Assembly: GCF_016433145.1 (NCBI RefSeq)
Contig: NC_058130.1
Location: forward strand, 421,260,006 to 421,324,005
From: Gracilinanus agilis
Taxonomy: Eukaryota
Length of the DNA stretch: 64,000 bases
Reading direction: 5' to 3'
Shown here: positions 38,783-52,241 of the stretch, one piece after another
Layout of the letters: each line of letters starts with the position of its first letter
Numbering within the stretch: position 1 is the stretch's first letter
Position numbers and translations under genes: made by a program
Notes under the pieces: model-generated
Told to the model about the DNA's origin: nothing
The model's database searches: none
Seen by the model: only the letters and a program-made list of their open reading frames with translations

Positions 38783-39025
38783 TGCTGTTTGATCATTTCA
38801 GTGGTGTCCTGACTCTTCGTGTCTCCATTTGAGGTTTTCTTGGCAAAGATACTGAAGTGGCTGCCACTTTCTTCTTCAGCTCATTTTACAGATAAGAAAA
38901 CTGAAGCAAACATGGTTAAGTGACTCATCCAGGATCACTATCTGAGGCCAGGTTTAAACTCAGGAAGACAATTCTTCCTAACTTCAGGTCCAGAGCTCTA
39001 TCTACTGTGCCACCTAGTTGCCCAT
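38783..39025 (-). mobile_element. MAR1-type SINE
   Basis: gaggttttcttggcaaagatactgaagtgg...ctctatctactgtgccacctagttgccc. Confidence 0.85.
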
Positions 39026-40182
39026 ACATACTAACGTTTATAATTTTTTACTTATTAAAATAATTGTTTAATTATAAACTTAAGTATTACAAATATTATT
39101 TACACATCAAGAGAAAGAACTGTGTGAGTAGAAACAAAGAAGAAAAACATGATTCATCACTTGTTTACGTGGGTATGTGATTTGGGGTTTTGGTTTTTAA
39201 AAATTAATCTGTTACAAAAATCAATAATATGAAAATAGGTATCAAGTGTTAACATTTGTATAACCCAGTAGAATTTCTTGTCAGTTCCAGGAGGGTGGAG
39301 GGAAGAGGGGAGGGAAAGAAAATGAATCATGGAAAAATGGAAAAATATTTAAAAATAAATATTATTATTTAGTATGTTTAATTATTGTGTAAGCCTATTG
39401 ATACTGTTACCCATCTGCTTCAGTTTTGCTGTTCATATATATATCCATGTGTTCTACAGATTTGTGTGGATTATCATAAGATGTTCACACAGTATGTCCC
39501 AGGCATCTATCCCCCCAAGCAGCCACTCCAGTGATGCTTTGCACTCTACCGTGTCATCCTCATATACTGTAAATGTACAGTTGTACTAACAGTACTGTGG
39601 AATAATTATCCATGTTATTGCAATAACCATTTTTATTATTTTAAGGATTAATGTTTGTTTTGCCATTTGTATGAGTTAAAGAGAACTTTGCAAGGAATTG
39701 TACTATTTCTGGCCTCAAAGCACCATAGCCCCTTTGGGAGGTAAATTACCAAGGGAATGGCAGCTAGGTATCTGGACTAGCTAGGTATCTTCCCTGGCTC
39801 TTAATTTTCAATGGTTCTTGAGAGGATACTGGAACTCTCCCTACCCAGGTGAGAGGTGTGGTTGGATGGAAGAGAGTGGCAGTGGTGCAAGAGTAGTTGG
39901 GGGCCAAGGAAGAGCCCTAATTGAGGTCCTAATATTAAACTTCTCCAGCTCTGGGTCATATAACCCCTGTACATACTCACATCTCTGAGAAGTATTCCAT
40001 TGCAGTGTAGAGAATGTAGGCAAGTCTTTCTTTTTAGTAATCATATCCCCTTGGGGATTAGCACATTGCCTGGTACATAGTGGATGCTTAATAAATATTT
40101 ATTAGATTGGATTGAAGAGGGGAGGGGGGTGCCTAATCACCCTCTATTACAGGTATAATGTTTATGCCTATACATACACTAA

Positions 40183-40420
40183 GGACAACTAGGTGATGTA
40201 TTGGATAGAGTACTAGACTTGGAATCAGGAAGGCTCATCTTCATGATTTCAAATCCAGCCTCAGACATCCTGGGCAAGTGACTTAATCCTGTTTGCCTCA
40301 GTTTCCTCATTTGTAAAATGAGCTAGAGAAGGAGATAGAAAAGCATTTCAATATCTTTGCCAAGAAAACTCCAAATAGGATCACAAAGAATCAGACATGA
40401 CTGAAGCAACTGAACAATAT
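40183..40420 (+). mobile_element. MAR1-type SINE
   Basis: ggacaactaggtgatgtattggatagag...atatctttgccaagaaaactccaaatagg. Confidence 0.85.
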
Positions 40421-42829
40421 ATACATAGACATATGTTTTATATGTGTGTGTATATAAATACATAAAATTTCCAAAGCAAATAGAACTGGTGCTACAATTT
40501 TCTAAGCTGTCGGTCTGCTCACCCTATACTAAAGAGATTAAGAAAAGATAGATAATTTGTACTCCCATACTGAGGCCATGAGGTATAAATGATATTAAAT
40601 CAGTTTAGGAGTCAAAAGACCTGGGTTCTTACTACTTACTAGCTACTTACTACTTTGGGCAATCAATCAGCAAGCATTCATTAAGTGCCTACTATATGCC
40701 AAATACTGTTCAAAAGTAGCAAGGGAAAATCAATTCTAGCTCCAGTTTATCCGTAATGTGAACTAAATGTCCACCAAGGTCCCTCCCTTTAATTTAATAA
40801 GAACCAAATGAATTGACTAACAAGCAAAATATTCACAAGATCTCAAATTACGATCTTGTGAATATGAGGATATATGTTTTAATGAGTGAACATCTACTAC
40901 CATACTAGAGTACAAAGGCTTTTTGAAAATTTTTGCCATGATTCTGGTGCCAAATCAAGCTTTTCTGCTTACCTTCATTTTATGAGCCAAGATTAGAGAC
41001 TACAAAGGCAGAATGTTGCATCCACCATCAGAGGTGTTTTCACTAAACTATTCTTTGTTGGAAGAAAAGGTTCAATAATGAGTACATGCAAGGTGTGGGG
41101 TTTGGGAAGGGGGAAATTATACCCAGAAATATCTTATTTGTTTAAAAAAAGCATCCCTAAATTTTATTTTAACAATAACAATAGGACAAGCTTTTCTAAA
41201 TCAAGTGCATTCAAATGGCAAAACATGCAGCTTCCCACCTTGCTTTTCATGAAAACTATAAACCCTTGGTTGTAGTGATGGTGCAAATGTGCAAATGTTA
41301 AAAGATCGAGCACCTCCATTTCACTTTCCTTTTCATTTGAGATCTGTGAGGTGTTCTGGATTACTCCTGAGACATGAGGAAAACCAGCCTCTGCTATAAT
41401 AATAAATCAGCCTTTCCCTAGAGAAGGTAGATGACTAGGTGAATCCAAGGGCTTTTATTCCATACTGATCCCTTTCCTCATTAAAATATATTGACAGCAC
41501 ATTACCCAAGAAATGGTCTAAGGCTTTGTGGCTTGTTGCCTGTCTTTCTTAGGCAATTGTGGATATATTTAAGACGCAGAGAAGGAAGGAAAGAATAAGG
41601 GATGGACTTGTTTTTAACTTTTTTTAATAGACTTAATAACTGTTCAAAAACAAATAATCAAACAAATATACAAAATGAGGATAATCTTACATGAAATCCT
41701 TCATATTTAATAAGAACCAAATGAATTGACTAACAAGCAAGAAAATGCTTTTATTCTATGTCCCCTTCCACAAGTTTCCAAAGTTCTGCTATTTTTAACT
41801 TAGTTTTTCCTTTCTTTTTTAAATTTGTAGTTGTAGTCAATGTTGTGGATCTTTTGATTTTACTTTTCATATTTTCTTCTATGCTTCATATTTATTGGTT
41901 TCCATAGCCCCATAATATTCTATTACAATAATAAACTAATTTATTCAATCATTCTTTAAATTTTGGACCTAAAATTCAGTTCTCTCCAACTTTTTTTGCT
42001 GTTACGAATCAAACAGCTGTGAATCTTTTGTCTAAATGAAAGCTTTTTCCTCCTTATGATATTTTCAGGATTGCCATGGAACCATAGTTTTATGACATCA
42101 CATATTTCTAATTTGGTCACATGGTTCTAATTTGATAAGCAATATTATCAATAGGGCAACTTCATGGGGCACTTTCTTGGATATTATCTACTCCCTCCTC
42201 CAATACAGAGCAATGATCAATAATACAATTCCAACTAGAGCTAGAAGACCATTCAATCCGACCCTCATTTAGCAGATGAAAAACTGAGGCCCACACTTAA
42301 GTGACTTGTTTACAGTCATACAAGCAACAATTATCAGAGGTAGGATTTTAACTTAAGACCTGTGACTCCAAAGCCAGAAATCTTCCTATTGCATCTAATT
42401 GCTTCCTTACTGGAATTCAAAAACTGCCAACATTGTATATGTTAAAGCTTGTATTTTGTAACTATCAAAGGATTTGGAAGTCTTCCCTTGTGATTATTAA
42501 TAGTCCATATTTCTTCCTTTATAAATTGTCAGTTCATATCCTCTAACTTTTTCCACTTAGGTATATGTATTAGTAGTCTTATTTGCATGCATCAGTTCCT
42601 TAGAGAGTCTAGTTATCTGACTTTTATCTGACATATTTATTATAAATATTTCCCCAAAATATTACAACCATTTTCCAAAATACTTCTTTTTTTGTTGTAT
42701 AATCCTTTTATCATTTTATAATCAAGCCCATCAATTTTATCACCTATAATTTCTTCTATGGCTATGAGTGATAATGCACAATTTCTCTCATTGTTGAGAA
42801 AATATAATATTCATTATTTTTCCAAGATT

Positions 42830-44175
42830 TTCAAATAAATTTTATTACATTTTAGTATTTATATAGTCTAAATTTACTCTTGTATCCCCTTAACCCTCCC
42901 AGAGAGTCATCCCACATGACAAAGAATTTTTTAAGAAAAAAAAAGGTCAAGAAAAAAATCATCAAAACCAATCAATACATCAAAAATATGACAGTATATA
43001 GGGTCTTCCACAGCCATGGACCCTCACCTCTACAAAGAAGCAAAGGGAGATATCCATTTGTAATTCTGCAAATTTCAATTTCAATTATTTTGCAGTGTTT
43101 GATCTATCCATTCACATGGTTTTAATCACTGGTTATCTTGTTTTCTTGGCTCTGCCTTTTTCATTTTGGATCAGTTCATCTAAGTCTTTCCATGCTTCTC
43201 ATATCTATCATATCTGTCAATTCCTATAGGCCAATAATATTCCATTTCATTCATGAACTAAAACTTTTTCAGTCATTACTCAATTGAAAAGTATTTTATT
43301 TATTTACAGTTCTTTGCTACCACAGAAAGTATTGCTGTATATTTATTTAGATGGGGCTTTTCTTTTTATCAGTGGACATTTTAACTACTCTATTTTCGTT
43401 ATTCCAAAATGCTTTCAAAATGATTTTATCTATTCATAGCTCCATTAAAAAATGTATTACTATAACCCACCTACCACAACCTCTCTAACATCAACTTTTC
43501 TCATCTTTTATCATCTTTGCCAATTTGCTAGATGAGAAAGAAACTCTCAGAGTTGTTTTGCTTTTCTCATGTTAGTATTTGTTCACTCATCTTGCACAAA
43601 TATCTTAAGTGTCTTTTCTTTCATGATTGTTAATGGAATTCAATAATCCAGTATTCCATAAACTTAAAGACATAAATTGCTTTAAAAAGAATGTCCTCTT
43701 TGAAAAGAACTATTGGAAAACGTGAAAAGAATTCTGGAAGAAATTAGCCTTAGATCAACACCTCAAATCATATTCCACAATAAAATTAAAATAAATTACT
43801 TGAATATTAAATATTACACTATAAAAAACTAGAAATTAAGTAGATCAAATATTTCTCACAGCAGAAGATGTATTCTTAACCAAACAAGTGAAGTAATTAT
43901 AAAAGATAAAATGGAGAATTTTGATTACATAATATTGATAAGCTTTTGGACAAAACAATATTAATGCATCTCAGATAAGAAAGCAAGTGGTCAAATGGGG
44001 GGGGGGAGGGGAAGGAATCTTTGTACCAAATTTCCCAGAAAAAAGTTTGATATACAAGATATATAGAAATCTAAGATAAATATGTAAGATGAAAAGCCAT
44101 TTCCCCAAAAGACAAGTGATCAGAGGGCATAAATAAATGGTTCTGGAGGGGGAGAGTTATAAACTATTAACTACC
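42830..44175. mobile_element. L1 with 5' inversion: minus-strand 3' part (about 42830-43590) joined to a plus-strand ORF2 part (about 43630-44175)
   Basis: The minus arm ends at the KSLIIREMQIKTTLR-equivalent. The plus arm runs from about SLFDKNCWENW to the QTINNH-equivalent, the adjacent upstream consensus position. Confidence 0.7.
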
Positions 44176-45344
44176 TTTTGATTTTTTTTTAATTTGCTAA
44201 GCTAATGATCCAAGATACAAGTATCTTTCCCAGCCTGAGAAAGACTCAGTGGGAGATGCTGACCCAACAGGAGGCATTACAACCCAAATTCTGGACAATG
44301 GAACAAATGAATGGGACCAATTCACCATTAATTAGTTGGTCAGGAGGAAAAAATGTGTATGTTTGATTGAGCAGGATGAATACAGAGTTCCCACAACTGC
44401 CTAAAGAGAACTATAATGCTAATTATAGATCCTCCATAATTCCTCCATGGTCCATCTGCTCATGAGTTATCTTTTCCTGAGGTAGAGCTGCAAGACTGGA
44501 TGCTGGAGAAATGATGTCCAACAAGGGAAGCAGGGAATGATTCCCAACAAGGGAAAACACTTTTTTTTAAATCAGAGGGCAGCCACCTTGGTCAGATAGT
44601 TCCCCAATGCCTGCTAGAAATAGATGATCTCAGCAGCAGAAAGGCAGAGTTAGATGAAAGAAGAAGAACAATGTGGCTAGGAGATGAATCAGTACAACAG
44701 ACTTCACCAGAACTAACAAAAGAAAAGAACCATCTGGCACAGATGCAGTGAGGTACAGGACCTGTTAAGGAGGAGGAAACCCAAATCTTGGTACCTTCCT
44801 CTAAGACTACTTTAATTTGTCATATGTGTGTGTGTCTTGTTTGTATACAGTGGTTTACATGTTGTGTCCCCCATTAGACTGCAAGCTCCTTAAAAACAGT
44901 GTTTTTAACTTTTCTTTGTATGCCAATGCTTAACACAGTGCTGAGCACACAGTAGATGCTTAATAAATGCCAACTTCTATGGCATTGGCTCTTATAAAAA
45001 CCCTATTCAAGGCAATGCTGCAAGTAATGAGGACTGTACAGGTCCCTGAGAGAAAATTGGTCCAACAAAAGAAGAAGACCTCTTGACTCCCTAACAATTT
45101 CCAACTTCTTTCCTTTTATGGTGGGGAGTAGGCACCCAGTTCAATCCTCTAAATCTCTAGATTTAGGGCTCTATAATAAGTTCTCTAGGGAAGGATCAGT
45201 TTTACTGGAAAGAGAGTTTCTTAATTGCTTATGAGTTCAAATGTGAGTCTATTCTGTATTGTTTAAGATGTACCAAAACCTGTTTTAAGGTTTGATGCCT
45301 TGCTAATCTGAGTGCTTATACGGTGCCTTAAAAGTCTAAAAACC

Positions 45345-45680
45345 TGGAGCAGTGAATGGAGTGCTGAGCCCAGGGTCAGGGAAACCTGACTTCAAATCTG
45401 GCCACAGATACTTACTAGCTGTGAGACACTGAGCAAGTCACTTACAGTCTCTGTCTCAATTTTCTCAACTGTGAAATGGGGACCATGATGACACTTAAGC
45501 AAAGTGTCCCTTAGCACAATGTTTGGTCCAGATTAGGTGCTTAATAAATGCTTATTCCCTTCCTTCTTCTTGTAAAATGGAGATAATAATAGCACCTCCT
45601 AGGATTACTGAGAGAATCAAATAAGATAATGTTTTAAAATGCTTAACACAATGCCTGATGCAGAGTGAACACTTGTTTCC
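45345..45680 (+). mobile_element. MIR SINE with an additional MIR/L2-type tail inside it
   Basis: ttcaaatctggccacagatacttactagctgtgagac...; two cttaataaatgctt / cacttgtttccttccttc tails. Confidence 0.7.
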
Positions 45681-46819
45681 TTCCTTCCTCATAGTCACCT
45701 TTTAGGAAAATGCCATATGGTAAGTACCACTACCTAGGTACCCAATACCCAGGTACCACTGAGGTAGGGAAAGATAAGCCTGGTTTATGAGGCAAGTGAA
45801 TTGATCACCACCTCTTCAGAAGTACCAGACACTATCATTAGCTGTTTTCACTAAAGTATGGGCAAATGAGAAAGAAATGAGAGACGCTCCTTCCTCTTAA
45901 AAGTATGTCCAAACTCCCCATGTTGGAAAATGGGTTCTGATACAAAGGTTACAGAAGTTGCAACACCAGAGGGAAGAAAAGGGGGTGGGGGGAAATAGAG
46001 AAGTGCAAGTAAATGGGGTTACAGGACATGTACATTCAAAACAGGAAGCAAACATGTCATTGCGGAGTTCTGACAGGTACTAAATGCCTGAGAAGGGCAA
46101 GGATGCCCTACTGCTTCTATTGTGCCTGCTCATGAGTATCCAGGTGTGGGGAAAGTCAGATGGTAGGTGTCTCCCCATGGCTGAATTTGGGCTCATAACA
46201 TTCCAGACCTTCTTCTCCCAAAAGACATTTCAGTTATTACTGCAAGATGAGTGAACAAACCAAATCATAAAACCATAGAGAATTCCAAGATCGAGAACAA
46301 ACTTTAAGAGAGCTAACCCTGCCTTTAGGAAAGAAATTGATTAGACCATCTAAGATAAGTGGAAAGACTATCCAACTGGATCGAGTGCCTCTGTGCTCAG
46401 GACCTGGAACTATATTCATGTTACCAGGCTTTGTTACACAAAAGGCAGTGTGAGTTGGCAACAGAAGCAGAATTAGATGGTAATGAAACCTCTAAAACAT
46501 AATCACCAGAAATAGCCACACTTCCAAGGGTGGGCACATAACTATGCGGTTTGCATGGCCAGGGCAGAGCCAAAATACCTCCCCTGAGCAGAGCACACAT
46601 TTTTCAAGATGCTCCGAGTAGCAGCAGGGATTCTCATGATGGATGGGTTTCAAATGCTCTATTTCACTCATAAAAGCTAAATGCCTTGCTGAGAAAGGGG
46701 AAGCTCCTAAGATATCCACAGTATGTATATTTGAGACTACTGAAGAGCCACTGTCCTGACTCTGTACTTTCTTCCTGCAACCATTATCCTTCATATATGA
46801 TGGTGAGAGTCTGACCTGT

Positions 46820-47870
46820 GTCCTATTCTATTCTCACTACACTCTCTTACTTGGTGACTACACCAGTTCTTCTGAGTTTAATTAACAACTCTAGGTACAT
46901 GATTCCCAAATTTATATATCCAGCCCCTAGCATCTCTCCTGAGCTCAAGCCCTGAATCACCAATTCCTTATTGGATATATGAAACTGGATATTCCTTGGA
47001 CATCTCAAATTCAAGTCCAAAAGAAAACTCATCTCTTCCCCCAAACCGGTCCCTCTTCCCAACTTACCTCTTTCTGTCCAGTTTTCTAGTTCATAACTTT
47101 AGAGTCATCCTCAACTCCTTACTGCTATTCTTCTCACATATTCAATTAGTTGTCAAATTTTTCTATTTCTCCCTTCATTCCTTTGCTTGTGTTTATCTCC
47201 TCCTCTCTACTCACTTTAGCTATTTACCTTAGTTCAGGCTTTCATCACCTTTCCCCTGGACTGCTGAAATAGCTTCCTAATTGAACTCCCCACTCAAATC
47301 TCGCCCCATTCCAAAGCGTCCTCCATAGAACTGGTAAAGTGACTTTTCTTAAGCACAGATGCAATCAACTCAAACACTAAACTATGTGATCCTGGACAAA
47401 TCACTTAATTTCTGTCTGCCTCAGTTTCCTCAATCATAAAAGAGAAGTGATAGTAACTTCTACCTCATATGGCTGTTGTGAGGATTAGGTGAGTGAATAT
47501 TTGTAACATCCCTTAGCACAGTGCTTGGTACATAGTAGGTACTTAATAAATGCTTGTTCCCTTCCCCTTGTTCCCCCTTTCTTTGTATCCATAGAGCTTA
47601 GCATTGTAACAAGCACAAAATAGGTATCTAATAAAAATTTGGATCAAATACCCTTCTAGGAGTTTTCCTGTAGGGTCCAACTCTTGGTGTTCTTCTCTCC
47701 CTAAATACCTTTATGTTTTATATGTTCTTCATATACTTATATTTTCAATTTCCTATGTGTCTTCACCAACAGAAAATAAGCACCATGGAAAAAGGGACTC
47801 TATCTTCATATCCACTCACACAGTGTCTGTCCCATAGTAGGCACATACCAAATGCTAGTAGATAGGTTGA
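46820..47870 (+). mobile_element. L2 fragments with an interposed MIR (about 47370-47570)
   Basis: tgattcccaaatttatatatccagcccctagcatctctcctgagctc and ttggacatctcaaattcaag are L2 ORF2 landmarks. Confidence 0.8.
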
Positions 47871-48063
47871 TGCTATTGATCCATGACCAGGCACAACTAA
47901 CTCCTCATCTACATTGTCAAGCCCAGAAGAGTTCTCTGTTGAAGCTGAACTATGATAAAACACTTTATCTTCCTTCCCATCTTTTCCTCCTCTAACTGGC
48001 TGTTAAACAAAAAGGGCATAACAGCACTCTCCAAGTCAGCCTTTTTTAAAAGCAGTTGAAATT

Positions 48064-48257
48064 GGGACAGCGAGGTAGCTCAGTGGATAGAGAGTTTGGC
48101 CTAAAGGGGGAAATCCTGGGTTCAAATCTGGTCTCAGATACTTCCTAGTTGTGTGATCCTGAGCAAGTCACTTAACCCCAATTACCTAGCCCTTGCTGCT
48201 CTTCTGCCTTGGAACCAATATTGACTCTTAAAACAGAAGGTAAAGGTTGATTTTTTT
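48064..48257 (+). mobile_element. SINE1_Mdo-like SINE with TSD
   Basis: TSD aaagcagttgaaatt (48049-48063) / aaagcagctgaaatt (48258-48272). Confidence 0.92.
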
Positions 48258-48461
48258 AAAGCAGCTGAAATTATCACAAGCAATAAGGATAATTTAAAAA
48301 TTTCACATAGGCAGAGCTATAAGAAGGAAGGAGAAATATTAGCTATATGTCTCAAAGCCCTGGAGTTTGAAGGGCAAAGACATTCCTTCTCCAGACAGAA
48401 AAAAAAATGTGCTTCAAAACTAGTTAACAAAAATAGTTAGTTAAAATATGTCTACCATGTG

Positions 48462-48712
48462 GGGGCAGTTAAGAGGCACAGTGGATAGAAAGCCAGGCCT
48501 GAAGTCAAGAAGACTCATCCTCCTGAGTTCTAATCTGATCTCAGACACTCACCAGCTATGTGACCCTAGAAAAGTCACTTAACTCTGTTTACCTCAGTTT
48601 CTTCATTGGTAAAGTGGGGAGGAAAAGGAAATGGCAAATCATTCCAATATCTTTGCCAAGAAACCCCAAACTAGGTCATGAAGAGTTGATGTAACTGAAT
48701 AAGTGGTGCTAT
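48462..48712 (+). mobile_element. MAR1-type SINE
   Basis: ggggcagttaagaggcacagtggatagaaag...atatctttgccaagaaacccc. Confidence 0.85.
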
Positions 48713-50524
48713 CATGTAGCATCTTATCTCTCCCCTCAACTCTTCCTTCATATGTATGCACCCCAGGTTACCTGCTTCCTCACCTGGCCACACACCCACC
48801 ATATAGTTTCCTAAGCTGTCTCTCAGAGCCTTACCCTCTTGGGAGCTTTCCCCCTTCCAATTCAATTTACCTTTAAAAAGTTATTAGAAAGCTTGTCTTG
48901 TGCTGCTTGCACCTCCCCAAATAGGTTTTTGTAAAATCACCCCAGGTACCAAAATGGATAATTAAATATCTGCCCACAACAAGGACAATCCTTGGTATCA
49001 AAAAGAGACATGTGTCATCTTGTCCAATCCAAACTCACCTTGTTGTTAAACATCTTTCACAGTAGAGCCCCAAACACCTTTTATAGCTTTCTCCCTCTCA
49101 CAACTATGCTATAAGAATTCTTGATTCTGGTTAAACCAGTCTGCTCACAATCTCCTAAATCAACTTGTATTTTTCATTTTCCCACTATTCTTCACATTGT
49201 TCCATATCTCTAAAATTCCATCTCCTTGCCTCTCCCTCTAACCAAATTCTTCCTACCATTCTCCAAAAATAGGGCCAAATCGCACCTCTTCCATAAAACC
49301 TTCCCTAAGCATCCTCATTTCAAGTATTCTCACCCTCCTCTGAAAGTGTAAGTAGCTACTGCCCAAATAATTTATATGATACTTATTGATGGAATGACAT
49401 GGAATTTCCATTGTTGCCTTGAACTGTTGTTAAACTAACAAGCTATAAATTCCTTATAGGCAAAGACCTGGTACTACATATCTTTCTATCTTCACAGTAT
49501 AGAGCAAGCACTTGATAGACATATGTTGATTTGGTCTTCTCATTCCAAATACTTACCCAATGTTCCAAGGTCAGTCTATTTCCAGCCTTTCCAGCCAACT
49601 ACACTGAGCTCCAGCAGTCTTATCATCCTTGTCTGCCAGAAGAAAAATCCATTTTCATGCTATTCCTAATGTGCAGCTGAAATGAAATCTTTTCTCTTTC
49701 TCTGACTTTATTTGCATCTCCATCTGTCTATTGGCCATCTCAAACTGAATGTCCCATAGTCTTCTTAAATTCATCATCTCCAAAACAGAACTAATTATCT
49801 TTCCCCAAAACCGTTCTCTCTTCCACACTTCTTATTACTATCAAGAGTAACAACATCCTCCTGGTCAAAGATGACTAACCCATTTTGCTGTGACAGCTCA
49901 AAGTCTGAGTCAAAAAAACATTAAGTCTACTGTGTGCCAAGGACTATGCTAAATAGTTCAAAGAAATGCATGACAGTCTCTGCCCTCATGTCCTTTAGTT
50001 ATGATGAAGTCTTGAAGCTGGGATGGGGTGGGGAGACACAAGTGTCATCTTGTCCAATCCAAACTCACTTTGTTGTGAAATGTCTTCCACAGTGATGTGA
50101 GGAACCGAGAACTTTCTGAGTTGAGAATGATGAGTTTTTAGAGATGATGAAGCTCTACCTAGTCATTTCACATCCTCTTTCTCTTCATTTTCTCCTTCTT
50201 CCCTCCCTCATCCCTCTCATTATTAAGTTGTCTTATTCCTCCAAACAGATATGGTTTCCTGTATTTGCACTGAAACATCCTCAGCTTTTCTTCCTTGTAG
50301 GTTTATGTATTGTGTATGCATGAGTCTGAGCAACATTGTATAAAATGCATTATTATAAGCACAAAATGCATTATATATGTATGTAACTGCCTCAGAATGT
50401 CTTTAAGAATATGCTATTGATGTAAATATAATGTATTTGATGTTGAGGAAGGGGTGTAGTAGTGATGCAACCATCTAGGAAGTGTTTTTGAAGAAGAAGC
50501 CCGGGAGCTGGTGGTAGATGGTAT

Positions 50525-50985
50525 CAGTTCAATCATTTCAGTCATGTCCCACTTTGCATGGCCTTTCAGGGTTTTCTTGGCAGAGATACTGAAGTTGTTT
50601 GTCATTACCTTCTATAGCTCATTTTATAAAGGAGGAAGTTGAGGCAAACAGAGTTAAGTGACTTGTTTAGGGTCACCAGATAGTAAGGCCAGATTTGAAC
50701 TTATGAAGATGAGGCTTTCAGGGGGCAGCTGGGTGACTCAGTGGGCCAAGAGCCAGGCTTAGAGATGGTAGGTCCTAGGTTCAAATCTGGCCTCAGATAT
50801 TTCCTAGCTGTGTGACCCTGAGCAAGTCACTTAACCCCAATTGCCTAGCCCATACCACTCTTCTGCCTTGGAACCAACACGTAATATTGATTCCAAGATG
50901 AAAGGTAATGATTTAAAAAAAAAAAAAGATGAGGCTTCCTGACTCCAAACCTGTAGTTCTATATATTTTTCCACCTAACCACTGC
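50525..50985 (-). mobile_element. MAR1 SINE split by a nested SINE1_Mdo
   Basis: MAR1 sequence continues on both sides of 50721-50925. Confidence 0.8.
50721..50925 (+). mobile_element. SINE1_Mdo-like SINE nested in MAR1
   Basis: TSD aagatgaggctttca (50706-50720) / aagatgaggcttcct (50926-50940). Confidence 0.92.
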
Positions 50986-51149
50986 ACTGTGATGGTAGGT
51001 GGGCAATGAAAAAATGGGGAAAGCATCAAGAATAAGGTTTTTTAGCAGGCAGGTAGAAAAATAAACAAGGGAAAGAGGCCAGGAATAAAGAAGCCTAATG
51101 GAGAATGCTGGACTTGAATTTGGGAAAAATCTGGGTTCAAAAACCACCT

Positions 51150-51420
51150 TTATGTAAAAATACAGAAGAAAAACAACTGCTTGATCACATGGGTTGATGG
51201 GGATATGATCAGGGATGTAGACTCTAAGTGATCACACTAATACAAATATCAATAATATGGAAATAGGTCTTGATCAATGACACATGTAAAACCCAGGGGA
51301 ATTGCTCATTGGCTATAGGAGGAGGTGGGAAGAAGAAAGGGAAATAACATGAATCATGTTTAACCATGGAAAAATATTCTTAATTAATTGATTAATTAGA
51401 TAAACTTATAAAAATAAAAA
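51150..51420 (+). mobile_element. L1 3' UTR tail; a similar older tail lies at about 39110-39370
   Basis: gaaaaacaactgcttgatcacatggg...gaatcatgtttaaccatggaaaaatattc; homologous to 34180-34410. Confidence 0.85.
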
Positions 51421-52191
51421 ATAAAAAATTTGTTTCAACTATTAAAAAAATAACCATCTCTAAATTTAAGTAGCTATATGCACCTAGCCAAGCCACAACC
51501 TCTCTAAGCCCCAGTTTCTTCATTTGAAAAATGGGGACAATAATACCTAGAGTACTACATCTGACTGTTATGAAAGTCTTGTGAGATAATGTATATGCAG
51601 CACTTTTCAAAAGTTAAGAGTCTATAGAAATGTCAGCTATTACTGTGACTCTTCCTGCCACCTGCAGCCTAAATTCTCCTCTTTATCTATGTGGCAGCTA
51701 CAAATGTCAGGACCTCCCAATATCTCAGTTCTAATGTGGGCTAATCAGGCAGGGACCCAGATGACAGCTTACATGGTTCTACTCGAGTCTAAATAAATAC
51801 ATAAATTTAGAATTAATAAATAAATCTAATCTAGATAAATAAATGTCCCATTATTTTCTATATGTTCTCCTTTTTTCAAGAAACTGATCGATACAAATTT
51901 GGATTGAAATTAAAATCTCTGAATAATAAAGCCACTGGAAACATGATAATCAGCTGTTCCTAGGGAAGAAATGCTGATGCCAGGGATCATTTGCTGGCCA
52001 CCCCTAGGTTACGAAGTCAGGCTGACAACATTAATTATGTGAAGTCCTCTAAGGATAATATACCAATCTGCCTTAACACCCACAGAAAAATGATGGAGTT
52101 AAAATTGAGAGGAAAGAAAGGGAGGGTTAGAACTTCTGTGTACTTTGAAAATAAAATGCCCATTTGCAATTTAAGGTTTGCTTGAACACAT

Positions 52192-52192
<1 letters not shown>

Positions 52193-52236
<44 letters not shown>
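52193..52236. repeat. (CT)22 microsatellite
   Basis: Read directly from the sequence. Confidence 0.97.

Positions 52237-52241
<5 letters not shown>

Noticed and set aside
40792-41740. 36-bp exact repeat as a CRISPR-like repeat
   Set aside because: Only two copies with an 877-bp interval, in a vertebrate intron, with no array and no cas genes.
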